The translations under genes were made by a program, and so were the position numbers. DNA of 64,000 bases, from assembly GCA_033763315.1 (NCBI GenBank), contig JANRKS010000032.1, positions 1-64,000 on the forward strand. Direction: 5' to 3'. Shown here one piece after another: positions 36,801 to 45,881 of this stretch. The notes below the pieces were generated by a model, which was given only the letters and a program-made list of their open reading frames with translations, did not search any database and was not told the DNA's origin. Each line of letters begins with the position of its first letter. Position 1 is the first letter of the stretch. This stretch comes from Deltaproteobacteria bacterium (GTDB lineage Bacteria > Myxococcota_A > Polyangia > Fen-1088).

Positions 36801-37102
36801 AGCTGCTCACCTTGAACGGCTACCACGTGAGCACGGCCTTCGATGGCCCCTCCGCGCTGGAGGCGGCCGAGGTGCTGGAGCCCGAAGTGGCCGTGCTCGA
36901 TATAGGTTTGCCAGTCATGGACGGCTACGAACTGGCCCAACGGCTTCGCGCCCGCCATCAGAGCTTGCGGCTATTGATCGCTTTGACAGGTTATGGTCAG
37001 CCATCCGATCGCGACCGTTCTGCGGCGGCGGGTTTCGCCGTTCACCTCGCCAAGCCGGTTTCCGTCGATCAGATTCTTCGCCTGCTTGAAGAGCCTGTGT
37101 GA
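33878..37102 (+). CDS. Hybrid sensor histidine kinase (PAS-GAF-GAF-PAS-GAF-HisKA-HATPase-REC)
   Basis: H-box LGHELRNPL, NAAKYT, DDGIG, GGLGLGL; receiver VVDDN...LDIGLP...KP. Confidence 0.95.
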   Translation: MSDERYALQAVLDHMQQSVGVYDRSSRIVYLNAATERLFGFSFSDAQGERLWDRFPNAVGNPFYKAFERVAAGGARESLQHYYAPFDAWFMNTIELVGNHVHVIAQDVTDDVRRTRRLDTITRISTLFAMHDLGFEAALQCVADILSDVLDAECGLLLPSHDGRWLDVVATASKDPESLQIARRISRWDANVGHAAKALRTRSSLLVNGENVMEELPGVLIGTDVIEQYRASSLLAAPLLVHDQAIGVLVALRREGKSPLTQHDCALVTEVASSVGLYIAHAARAQSEQRVTRRLQSLLDVTVKLAAASSADEIARVVVDQGVEALDADSAGMWLLADDGKTATMQRHRGFAPQHQDAFVSVPLDASSPVSDCCTNARAVWIRSRAEYQGLYPEHEKRHRAPDAPPLAFALLPLVIEGRTIGCVTFSFHDEDRLTSDEQTYFEVLASHTAEALRRSRLYTQLRDVSETRAAMIQASPAAIMLTDAKGVVQAWNPAAEHIFGWPAEEVLGRPLVELGLGFEAEFEDNLRKVLAGTSVDRQVTKRVRRSGEAFAVEMYAVPVSLSDDRTLCLSMVFDVSERARIEAGRRLVSKATALLTRSLNASQSLTEVVALVAGDFGGWCAVEVRDAQGQISRVQSERALARAVGAGECTVPLEVGDRVVGTLSVGSSVRAFDSLDLLIIADLAHHIATATDNARLYEDARKARHEAEAASGAKDEFLAMLGHELRNPLAPISTALHLMGMRAPDQFERERNVIERQVEHLRLLVDDLLDISRITRGKVELNYEHTRICDVVVKAIETTSPLLEQRQHRLVVDVPESLAVVGDAMRLGQVVTNLVSNAAKYTDKGGEITVQATRKGDDVLLSVRDDGIGMRAEMLPIIFDMFVQAPQSSERKSGGLGLGLAIVRTLVAMHKGTVAARSAGLGRGSEFIVTLPAAPADSTQHAYTKKATPQRLAARPKRVLVVDDNEDAASLLSELLTLNGYHVSTAFDGPSALEAAEVLEPEVAVLDIGLPVMDGYELAQRLRARHQSLRLLIALTGYGQPSDRDRSAAAGFAVHLAKPVSVDQILRLLEEPV

Positions 37103-37160
37103 CCTGTGCCCTTGCATGGCGCTCCCTTGCCAAAGTAAGTTGCAACGGTAGCCTCTTTGC

Positions 37161-38387
37161 ATGCTGATCACGCTAGAGGAAGCCCTGCAGCGTGTGACCA
37201 ACGTGGCCGCCACGCTGTCACCTGTGCAGGGCGTGCAAACTGTACCGCTTGGCGCCGCCGTGGCGCGCGTGTTGGCGGCGGATGTTTTGGCGGATCGTGA
37301 TCAGCCGCCGTTTGATCGGAGCACGCGCGATGGCTTCGCCGTGGCCAGCCGCGACCTGGCCGCGCGGCCCCGCCTGCCTTTGCGCTGTGTGGGCGAACTG
37401 CCTGCGGGCCGTGTCTACGAAGGCCACATCGCTGCCGGCACGTGCGTGGAGATCATGACCGGGGCACCCTTGCCTGCGGGCGCCGATGCTGTGGTGATGG
37501 TGGAGCACTGCCACCGTGACGGCGACGACGTGATCGTCGACAAGCCTGTGGCAAAGGGGGACAACATCGTGCCGCAAGGGGCGGAAGCGTTGGCCGGGGC
37601 GCTTGTGATGGCGTCGGGGGGCCGCCTGGACGCGGCAGCCATCGCCTTGCTGGCCTCGGTTGGCACCGTAAACGTGGCTGTGAAAAACTTGCCGTCTACG
37701 GCGGTGTTGACCACGGGTGATGAGATCGTTGCAGCGCAAGAAAGGCCGGCGGCCCACCAGATACGCAACTCAAATGCGTACTTGTTGTCCGCTGCAATCG
37801 CACAATCGGGTGGCGCCGCCGTTGTGGTTCCACCTGCCGTTGATGAACCCCACGTCTTGCGCGAAGCCCTGCAAGCCGCCCTCGCTCAAGATCTTGTCTT
37901 GATCACGGGCGGCGTCTCCAAAGGCAAACACGATTACGTAAAGACGGTGTTGGCGGACCTGCAGGCGACCGTAATTTTCGCAGGCGTGTCCATTCGCCCC
38001 GGCAAGCCTGTGGTGCTGGCTGTGGTGCCTTGGCAAGGGCGTCAGGTGCCCGTGCTGGCCTTGCCCGGCAACCCGCTGTCAGCCTTGGTCACCTTCTTGT
38101 TGTTTGGTCGACCACTGCTGCGTCGCTTGGCTGGCGCGGCGGCTTCTTCACCCGGCCTGGTGTGGCTGCGGGTTGCGCAGGCTTTGCCCTGGAAGCCGCT
38201 TGATTTTACAGCGTTCGTGCCCGCGCGCCTGGCACCGGACGGGCTTTACACGTCGCTGCACATTCTACCTTCGGCCGGCTCGGGCGACCTGGTGGCGGCG
38301 GCGATGGCCGATGGGTTCGCCTGCATCCCGGCGCACGCCAACGGTCCGCAAGCGGGTGACCTGATCGCGTTTTTGCCCAAGCCCTAA
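37161..38387 (+). CDS. moeA: Molybdopterin molybdotransferase MoeA
   Basis: PPFDRSTRDGFAV, IMTGAPLP.GADAVVMVE, TGDE, TGGVS and LPGNP. Confidence 0.95.
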   Translation: MLITLEEALQRVTNVAATLSPVQGVQTVPLGAAVARVLAADVLADRDQPPFDRSTRDGFAVASRDLAARPRLPLRCVGELPAGRVYEGHIAAGTCVEIMTGAPLPAGADAVVMVEHCHRDGDDVIVDKPVAKGDNIVPQGAEALAGALVMASGGRLDAAAIALLASVGTVNVAVKNLPSTAVLTTGDEIVAAQERPAAHQIRNSNAYLLSAAIAQSGGAAVVVPPAVDEPHVLREALQAALAQDLVLITGGVSKGKHDYVKTVLADLQATVIFAGVSIRPGKPVVLAVVPWQGRQVPVLALPGNPLSALVTFLLFGRPLLRRLAGAAASSPGLVWLRVAQALPWKPLDFTAFVPARLAPDGLYTSLHILPSAGSGDLVAAAMADGFACIPAHANGPQAGDLIAFLPKP

Positions 38388-38574
38388 ACCGTCGGGGGGT
38401 GATCCTCCGTGGTTGCGTGTGTGTGAACAAAGCCTGCCGCTCGCGCGCGGCCTGGAATTTTGTTTCCTCGCTGCCGCGGGACGCGTTACAAACATGGGGC
38501 GAACTCGGTCTTTTTCGGCCAGGTGGCGCTTAAAAGGGGGATCCTCGCTGGGCGCGTGCCTGGCTCGGAAGAAC

Positions 38575-40407
38575 ATGATGAGCCGGCGACTGCTTTGTTT
38601 TTGGGCGCTGCTAACCGCTGTGGGCACGGCCTGCAGCAACAACTACAACGACGACGCCGTTGGCGTGCTTGCCTTGGACTCGCTGTTCGCGCAAGGCACC
38701 GCCCGCACGGGCGATCCGCCCACGCAGCTTCTCCCAGAAGATGGCTTCGAGGGCGGTGGCCGTGCGCAGTACTACAACCTCGGCAACGTGGCGTCGCTGC
38801 AAGACGCGTTCGGCGAGCCGCTGTCGGTGCGCGTGAACCCGATGTATTTTTTCTTCACGCCGGACGGCTTGCCCTTGCTGGCCCCCGTGATGCGAGAGAC
38901 GCGCACGCGGCAGGACTTCGTGGTGGGTGGACGCGACGTTGTGAACATCAACCCGAAGGATTTTTGCGCCGTTGCAGGTGCCAACCCCGTTGATTGCAAG
39001 GCGCTAAACGACCGCCAGCTTGAGCGCCCTTATTCCACGCGCTTTCGCGAATTGTGGATCGATCCCGCGCGCAACACGGCCGATTACCAACGTCCCATCG
39101 TCGACGTGAACCCGGCCGAGCTTACCGGGGTGCGCGGCATTTATTCCGGCGTTTGGGAGATCGTTGAAGTCACCGTGCCCTCTGACTACAAACCCGATGC
39201 GATCAAGAGCCGCAAGACGTTGCGCAAAGCGATCGATGATGGCGACTTTAAAGAGCGACGCACGGGCAAAGTCATCAATTGTCCGATCATCGATGAACGC
39301 ACCGAGGTGTCCGCCGGTGTTGCCGACGCCGCGACCCCCAGGCCTCGCATGGAGATCTGGTACCGCAGCAAGCTGGCCTTCTGCTACCTGTCCGATGGTT
39401 GGGCCACGCTCGCCGATGTGTCGTCTAGGCTTTACCCAGCCAAGAGCGACGAACGTCGCCTGGATACGTTTGACGTTTCACGAACGGTTTCGGGCCAAGG
39501 CTCTGGGCAAGAAACGCTTTTGGTGGTGCCTGTGGGCAAGGCGTTTGTGCCGTCGCGGGTGTCATTCGATGACGTCAACGGGGTCTCCCGCGTGCCTGTG
39601 GGCGGGCAGATCTTGACGTCGGGAAGGCCACGCAAAACACCGCAAGATCCGCCCGGCTACACGCCGATACGGTGGTTCTGGAACATCAATGTTGAGGGCG
39701 CTTATTTGCCTGACACGTTCGACAACGTTGCGAAACTGGATGAACCTGGGCAAACGCGCGCCCAAACGCCCACGGTTGTTCGCAACCTGCCGCTGCGTGG
39801 TGTGCAGAACCCGTGTTCCTTGGGCAAAGTTTTGCGCACGGTCAACGGGCGCAACGTCACATTCTGTGGCCGCGACACGGTAGACGCGCAAAACAACCCC
39901 ATCGTTGATGCGTCTCGTGATCCGGCGTGCAACGCGATCGGGTTGGAGTGCAACAAGAACACGTGCTTTTGCGACGCGCCGCCCGTGAAGTTTGGTCAAC
40001 GTTGTGGTGTGGGCATTGCAAGGTGTGATGAAGAGAAAGATGAGCTGTCTGAGAACGGCTACACATGCTTTCCCTCGAACGTGGGTTTTTGTTACTTGGG
40101 CTGCGACCCCAACAAGAACAACACCTTGGTGAAGCAGAACCGCGGACGCGAGCCGAAGGATTTCGTTGATTCGCGCTGCAAGGAATTGCGCGGGTACGCG
40201 TGTTTCCCGTTCCAGAACCGCGGTATCTGCCTGCGCTTCTGCGACGAGAATGTGCTCGACACCGAAACCATGAAGCAGTGCCAATCCGTGGTTGATTTCA
40301 ACCAAAACGGCCAGTCCCGATCCTTCGACCTTGGGGAAGGGCAACAATGCCAAAACTTTGGCCTGCAAATCTGCGCGTGGCCCGACGACTACTCACCTCG
40401 GAACTAA
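38575..40407 (+). CDS. Lipoprotein with a Cys-rich C-terminal region
   Basis: Lipobox GTAC; many C-terminal cysteines; ends 8 bp before the receptor gene. Start reassigned to 38575. Confidence 0.75.
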   Translation: MMSRRLLCFWALLTAVGTACSNNYNDDAVGVLALDSLFAQGTARTGDPPTQLLPEDGFEGGGRAQYYNLGNVASLQDAFGEPLSVRVNPMYFFFTPDGLPLLAPVMRETRTRQDFVVGGRDVVNINPKDFCAVAGANPVDCKALNDRQLERPYSTRFRELWIDPARNTADYQRPIVDVNPAELTGVRGIYSGVWEIVEVTVPSDYKPDAIKSRKTLRKAIDDGDFKERRTGKVINCPIIDERTEVSAGVADAATPRPRMEIWYRSKLAFCYLSDGWATLADVSSRLYPAKSDERRLDTFDVSRTVSGQGSGQETLLVVPVGKAFVPSRVSFDDVNGVSRVPVGGQILTSGRPRKTPQDPPGYTPIRWFWNINVEGAYLPDTFDNVAKLDEPGQTRAQTPTVVRNLPLRGVQNPCSLGKVLRTVNGRNVTFCGRDTVDAQNNPIVDASRDPACNAIGLECNKNTCFCDAPPVKFGQRCGVGIARCDEEKDELSENGYTCFPSNVGFCYLGCDPNKNNTLVKQNRGREPKDFVDSRCKELRGYACFPFQNRGICLRFCDENVLDTETMKQCQSVVDFNQNGQSRSFDLGEGQQCQNFGLQICAWPDDYSPRN

Positions 40408-40415
40408 GGCCTTTC

Positions 40416-43187
40416 ATGCAAAACTTCTGCAATCGAAAACGCGCGCTTGTTCTTGTGGTGGCCGCCCTTGGTCTGTGGCCCCTGGCAGCGTTGGCGCAAA
40501 CCACGGGCACCATCAGCGGGACCGTGTGGGACCAAACGGGCACACCTGTGGCCGGCGTGACCGTCAGCATCGAGTCGCCCACGCAAATCGGCGGCAAACA
40601 GACGGCGGTGAGCGACAGTGGTGGTCGCTTCCGTTTCTCTGCGTTGACGCCCGGCATGTTTTCGTTGGTGGCCACAGCACCCAAACTGCGCAAGCTGGTT
40701 CAGCCAGGCATTCGGGTTAGCCAGGGCCGAATCATCGAGTTGGATCTGATCGTTGAAGTGGAGACGGGGAGCGACCCCGAAGAGTTCGTCATCGAACAAA
40801 AGGCGCCGCTCGTGAATACGAACAGCACCGGCGTGGGTGAAAGTTATGACGCCGAATTTCTCGACAAGCTTCCACTTACAACGCGTGATTACCAGGGCGT
40901 GGCTGCCTTAACACCGGGCGCCGTGGATCGCGAGGGCAGCGGCAACCCGCAGGTCCGCGGCGGCACGTACTTCAACAACAGCTACAAAGTGGATGGCTTC
41001 GAAACCACCGACCCCGTGACCCACACGTTCGGTCAGAACTTCAGCTTCGACGCCATGTCGCAAGTGGAAGTGAAGACCGCCTCGTTCGGCGCTGAAAACA
41101 GCAGCACCTCGGGCGGCATCGTCAACATCGTTACCAAAAGTGGCTCCAACCGGCTTGAGGTCGATGGCACCGCGACCTACACCGACGATCACTTGCGGTT
41201 CTTCACCGACAATCTGGACCGCGGCAACAACCGCTTGGCGACGGTCAGCCTCAACGTGGGAGGCCCCATTCAAAAGGACCGCATCTGGTTCTATGTGTCT
41301 GGGCAGATGACGAATGTGACGTCCTCTAACGTTGTCGACACTTCGGGGCAGCTTCCTGATCATCCGCCGTACTCTGTGCTGGCATTCGATGGCCTGGCAA
41401 AGGTCACGTGGCAGGTGAACCCGCGGAATAAGTTGGAATGGAAGAACACCTATTCCGTGGGTGACTTCCGCAATGTGTTGCAAAGCCCGTTCGTGGAACC
41501 AGAGGCCGAAGCGCGCCAGTTTCAGCGCACCTACTTTTCGGGCCTGTCGTGGAACGCGGTGTTGACCGACAACTTGGTGGCGGTGGCCCGCGCTGGTTTT
41601 CAACAGATATTCTTCGACGTGGGGCCGCAATCTTGCCTGTGGGATCCCAACTGCTCGAACGTTGCGGGTGAGTTCGATCTATCGTCCGGTGTTTCACGGA
41701 GAAACTTCACGTCGCAGACCCGCGATTCGCGCCGCACCGGCGAGCTTTCCGGTGAGGTGACCTATTTCAAGAACACCGCTACGTGGGGCAGCCACGGGTT
41801 GAAATTGGGCTGGAAATATTTTGCGATGTCGAACCAGTTCGCGCGCACGGTGCCAGGCGATCAGGTGCTGGGTTTCTTTGGGCAGCAGCCCTTTTTCCGC
41901 ACAGAAACGTGCGTCAACGATCCGCGTGATGAAAGCGGCGCGTGTCGATCTGCCTGGTTGCGCTCGCAGATCGGCAGCGACTCGTTGCTTTTACATTTAT
42001 CCGATCAATACAAGCCCACGCGCTACATCACGATCACTCCGGGCCTGGCTTTCCACAACAGTTCATCCGCCGACGATCAAGATCGCAACGTCACCGATAT
42101 TAGCGCCATCACGCCGCATCTTTCCGTGGCTTGGGATCCCACTCACGACGGCCGCACGGTGCTGCGCGCCAGCTACAACAGTTATGTCGACACAGGCTTT
42201 TTGGCTCTGGCGCGGTTCACCAGCCGTCAGCTCACACAGAAAACGTGCTTTTACGACATGGACATCGGAGGCTTCGTCGGCAACTGCCGGATCTCGGGCG
42301 GCTTTGAGTCCACCACCGTGGGGTTGCCGTGTGGCCCCGACGGCACAAATCCCGACGGCACGTCCTGCCGCACGAAATTGAACGCGCCGCGCACGCACGA
42401 GATCACCATGGGTGCAGAGCGTGAAGTGGTGACCGGCATCGTCGCCAAAGCCGACTTCGTCTATCGCAAATACAACCACCAGTGGGAGGACTTGGAGACG
42501 AACGCGATTTGGAACCAAGGCGGCACCGCCGTGCGCCGTGATGGCGGTTACAAGAATGGCCGCAGCCAATTCGTGTTCGATCTGGAAACCCCAAGCGAAG
42601 CGCGTCGCCGGTACGTGGGCGTTAGCCTAGGCATGCTCAAGCGCGAAGGCCTGCTCAAAATGTTGGCTTCCTATACGTGGTCCAGGGACGAGGGCGTGGC
42701 CAACGAGGACTACATCACCAACTTCTTGGATAACCCAGGGCAGAAGGCATTTTACTATGGACCCCTGCCTTCTGACATCCGCCACGTTGCGCGGTTACTC
42801 GCGTCGTATCAGGTGCTGCCGTGGTTGTCTGTGGGCGGCGTGTATGAGTTCCAGTCGGGGCCGCCCTATAACCGCTTCAGTGTGGATCCGGTGTATGGCT
42901 CTTTGTCGCGCTTCACGGCCAAGCGCGGCTACGACTCGCGCGGCAACTTGAACCCCGATGACGACATCCCTTTGCGCTTGCCTAACCTGATGACGATTGA
43001 CTTTCAAGCCCGCGCTAGCTTGCGCTCGCTCGTAGGTCAAAATATAGATGTCTTCTTCGACATGTTGAATCTCATGGGCCTGCGCACACCTTTGCTTGTG
43101 TCGCAAAACGACAACCAGTTTTTTGGTCAAACGGTTCTGCGCAACCCGCCGCTGCGCGCACGCTTGGGCTTGAGGTATCGTTTCTAA
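40416..43187 (+). CDS. TonB-dependent receptor with N-terminal carboxypeptidase-regulatory-like domain (Oar-like)
   Basis: AQTTGTISGTV.D..G.PVAGVTV, plug motif GGIVNIVTKSGSN, terminal LGLRYRF. Confidence 0.9.
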   Translation: MQNFCNRKRALVLVVAALGLWPLAALAQTTGTISGTVWDQTGTPVAGVTVSIESPTQIGGKQTAVSDSGGRFRFSALTPGMFSLVATAPKLRKLVQPGIRVSQGRIIELDLIVEVETGSDPEEFVIEQKAPLVNTNSTGVGESYDAEFLDKLPLTTRDYQGVAALTPGAVDREGSGNPQVRGGTYFNNSYKVDGFETTDPVTHTFGQNFSFDAMSQVEVKTASFGAENSSTSGGIVNIVTKSGSNRLEVDGTATYTDDHLRFFTDNLDRGNNRLATVSLNVGGPIQKDRIWFYVSGQMTNVTSSNVVDTSGQLPDHPPYSVLAFDGLAKVTWQVNPRNKLEWKNTYSVGDFRNVLQSPFVEPEAEARQFQRTYFSGLSWNAVLTDNLVAVARAGFQQIFFDVGPQSCLWDPNCSNVAGEFDLSSGVSRRNFTSQTRDSRRTGELSGEVTYFKNTATWGSHGLKLGWKYFAMSNQFARTVPGDQVLGFFGQQPFFRTETCVNDPRDESGACRSAWLRSQIGSDSLLLHLSDQYKPTRYITITPGLAFHNSSSADDQDRNVTDISAITPHLSVAWDPTHDGRTVLRASYNSYVDTGFLALARFTSRQLTQKTCFYDMDIGGFVGNCRISGGFESTTVGLPCGPDGTNPDGTSCRTKLNAPRTHEITMGAEREVVTGIVAKADFVYRKYNHQWEDLETNAIWNQGGTAVRRDGGYKNGRSQFVFDLETPSEARRRYVGVSLGMLKREGLLKMLASYTWSRDEGVANEDYITNFLDNPGQKAFYYGPLPSDIRHVARLLASYQVLPWLSVGGVYEFQSGPPYNRFSVDPVYGSLSRFTAKRGYDSRGNLNPDDDIPLRLPNLMTIDFQARASLRSLVGQNIDVFFDMLNLMGLRTPLLVSQNDNQFFGQTVLRNPPLRARLGLRYRF

Positions 43188-44030
43188 ATGCGTCTTGATC
43201 GCCGCGGGCTGCTGCTTATAGCCGCAGCTGTGTGGTCTGGTGGTCCGTCCGCGTGGGCCCAGGACTCCGTCGCGAGCTTGTCGGGGGATCTGGCAGGCGC
43301 TCGGTCTTTTAAAGTACGCATCCAGGCGGCGTATCTACTTGGCAAACTTCACGATCCCCGCGTGCTGCCCGCGTTGACGCGCGCCTTAAGCGAAGACAAA
43401 GAAGAGGTGGTGCGGGAGTTTGTGGCACGGTTGATTGCCAACAATCCGGGCGGCGATCCCGCTGGCAACAACGCGCGTATTGCGCTCGTCAACGCACTTC
43501 GCGATCGTTCAGACAAGGTTCGTCGTGCTGCCAAAAGCGGCCTGCAAACCTTAGAACAGAACGTTCGGCGCACCGCTAGTACGAACACACGGCCGATGCC
43601 GCCCGCGTCAGGGGCGCGCGCCAACAAGCGCATCAAGATCGTCGTGGGAAAGATGGCGGACCGGTCGGGGCAAGCGTCGACAGGCCAGCGCGATCGAGCC
43701 CGGCAAGAAGTGATGGGCCAATTGCGCGCGTCACCTTCCATCGCCCTGCAAGACCAAGTCGACGATGACGTCAGCTACATCGTTGATGGCTCTATTCGCA
43801 AGCTTACATTGCTGTCCTTGCGCAGCGATGTGGAGGCAACGTGCGCGATCGATCTGATTCTGAGCAAACCGTCACGCGGCATCTTAATGGTGGCTTCAGG
43901 CGAAGCGTCTGTGCAACGGCCCCGCGGGCAGTTCCGGCCGTATCAACGTGATGGCATGCAAAGCGAAGCCATCACGCACGCTGTGCGCAGCGCGCATGAA
44001 AACCTGGCGCAGTTTCTTGCGAGGCAGTGA
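43188..44030 (+). CDS. Exported HEAT-repeat protein
   Basis: Signal peptide (AWA-QD); KVRIQAAYLLG and LRDRSDKVRRAA repeats; abuts the receptor stop codon. Confidence 0.75.
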   Translation: MRLDRRGLLLIAAAVWSGGPSAWAQDSVASLSGDLAGARSFKVRIQAAYLLGKLHDPRVLPALTRALSEDKEEVVREFVARLIANNPGGDPAGNNARIALVNALRDRSDKVRRAAKSGLQTLEQNVRRTASTNTRPMPPASGARANKRIKIVVGKMADRSGQASTGQRDRARQEVMGQLRASPSIALQDQVDDDVSYIVDGSIRKLTLLSLRSDVEATCAIDLILSKPSRGILMVASGEASVQRPRGQFRPYQRDGMQSEAITHAVRSAHENLAQFLARQ

Positions 44031-44042
44031 ATCCGATGGAGC

Positions 44043-45020
44043 TCACTTCATCTGAAATGAGTGCATGAACTTCCATGCAGACTCGATGATGGCACCCAGA
44101 TCCTGATGCTGCGGCTGCCAGCCAAGCTCGCGTTTGATCTTTGCTGAACCCGCCACCAATACGGCCGAATCGCCCTCACGACGCGGCCCCATCTTCACAG
44201 GTACGTCTTTGCCCGTAACCGACTTGGCGACCTCGATCACCTCCTTGACTGTGTACCCTTCGCCGCCACAGCCAAGATTGTAGACCAAGGCTTTTTCGCC
44301 TTTCGCCAAAGCTTCAAGCGCCAGCACGTGAGCTTCTGCAAGATCCAGAACATGGATGTAGTCGCGCACGCAGGTGCCATCGCGCGTGGGAAAATCATCA
44401 CCGAACACCGTGATGGCAGGGGCCAACCCAGCCGCCGCGCGCAGAATCAGCGGAATGAGATGTGTTTCTGGCTCGTGCCGCTCGCCCGCGTCCGCCAGCG
44501 CGCCGGCGGCGTTGAAGTAACGCAGACAAGCCGTGTGCAGGCCGAACGCTTCGCCATACCACCTTAGCGCCTTCTCGAACGTCCACTTCGTTTCACCGTA
44601 AGGGTTGGTTGGGTTCTTGGCGTCTGTTTCCTCGATGGGAACGCGTTGCGGCTCGCCGTATACGGCGGCGGTCGATGAAAACAAGATGCGTTTGACGTTC
44701 GTGTCCCGCATGGCGTCCAACAAGCTCAGGCCACCCGTGACGTTCTGGTGGTAGTAGAGCGCCGGCTCGCGCACCGATTCGCCCACGGCAATCAGACCCG
44801 CCATGTGCACAACGGAATCGATCTTGTGCGTGAGCAGGGTGTCGCCAAGGTAGCTGCGATCCAGAATGTCCCCATGAACGAAACGCACGCCGTGTGCCAC
44901 GGAATCGCGGAAACCGCGCGAAAGGTTGTCGTAAACCGTGACGTTGTGTCCCTTCGCCAAAAGTTGGCGAGACAAAACGCTGCCGATGTATCCAGCGCCG
45001 CCCGTAACAAGCACGTTCAT
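44043..45020 (-). CDS. galE: UDP-glucose 4-epimerase
   Basis: VLVTGGAGYIGS, YGETK (YxxxK), LRYFNAAGA and DGTCVRDYIHV. Start ATG 45020. Confidence 0.96.
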   Translation of the reverse strand: MNVLVTGGAGYIGSVLSRQLLAKGHNVTVYDNLSRGFRDSVAHGVRFVHGDILDRSYLGDTLLTHKIDSVVHMAGLIAVGESVREPALYYHQNVTGGLSLLDAMRDTNVKRILFSSTAAVYGEPQRVPIEETDAKNPTNPYGETKWTFEKALRWYGEAFGLHTACLRYFNAAGALADAGERHEPETHLIPLILRAAAGLAPAITVFGDDFPTRDGTCVRDYIHVLDLAEAHVLALEALAKGEKALVYNLGCGGEGYTVKEVIEVAKSVTGKDVPVKMGPRREGDSAVLVAGSAKIKRELGWQPQHQDLGAIIESAWKFMHSFQMK

Positions 45021-45063
45021 TGTGAAAGTCTTTCTGCAAAAGTGTGAGGAGGCGCTGCAACGG

Positions 45064-45861
45064 TCACAAGTCGTCGCAAGGTGTGCCCAGGCGTTGACCC
45101 ACGTAAGGTCCAAGATCCGTGTAGATCAAGGGGATGTTGTCGTAGACATCAAGGCTGACCAGCTTTGTGTTGCTCTTGCCACGGACCCACGACGTTTCTT
45201 TCTTGTCCAAAACCAGCCGCAGATCGCCTGACTTTGTTGCAAAAATCTTGCCTTCCGAATCGCTCACCACATTTTTCATCTTGAGGGGCTTCATTGCCCC
45301 ACGCGGACCCCGGTACACGCGAAACACCAGATTGCCCTCGGGCTCGCGTTGGTGATCCACATAAAAGTAGGTGCCCGTGTTGTCGCGCGCCAACGCGAAA
45401 GCCTCATATTTCCAGCGCGGTTTGTAAAACGAAGCGCTTTGTAAGACGGCCGCGTTTTCTTCCTTCGACAGAGGCGACAGCGTTGTGAGCCGCTCGGCAC
45501 ACTGCACTTTGTAGGCTTTCTCTCTGAATTGAACAGACGCTTGGTACCGCGCCTGCACACGAGGCTCCCAGAATGTGAAATCGAAGCTCTCGTCCCCCAC
45601 AGAGCTGGACGAGCCGACGCGCAAAGCGTAGAAAACTTTGCCATCGCCGTAATACGTGTGGTCGTGCGGGCCGAAGGGCGTGACCACCACAAAATGGCCG
45701 TGGCCGTCCCCAAGCACTTGCAGCTTTTCTTTGACCTCCGAGATGTCGATCTTATCGCTTGCGGGCGGCAAAGGCTGTGCTTTTGCCGCGGCAAACACCG
45801 GGCAAGCGCCCAGCACGGTTGTTAAAACAAATGCGAGCTTCGCAAGGTTAAGACGGCTCAT
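45064..45861 (-). CDS. Hypothetical exported protein
   Basis: Signal peptide; beta-rich; C-terminal LGTPCDDL. Confidence 0.7.
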   Translation of the reverse strand: MSRLNLAKLAFVLTTVLGACPVFAAAKAQPLPPASDKIDISEVKEKLQVLGDGHGHFVVVTPFGPHDHTYYGDGKVFYALRVGSSSSVGDESFDFTFWEPRVQARYQASVQFREKAYKVQCAERLTTLSPLSKEENAAVLQSASFYKPRWKYEAFALARDNTGTYFYVDHQREPEGNLVFRVYRGPRGAMKPLKMKNVVSDSEGKIFATKSGDLRLVLDKKETSWVRGKSNTKLVSLDVYDNIPLIYTDLGPYVGQRLGTPCDDL

Positions 45862-45881
45862 CGGCGAGTATAGTAGGCCAT

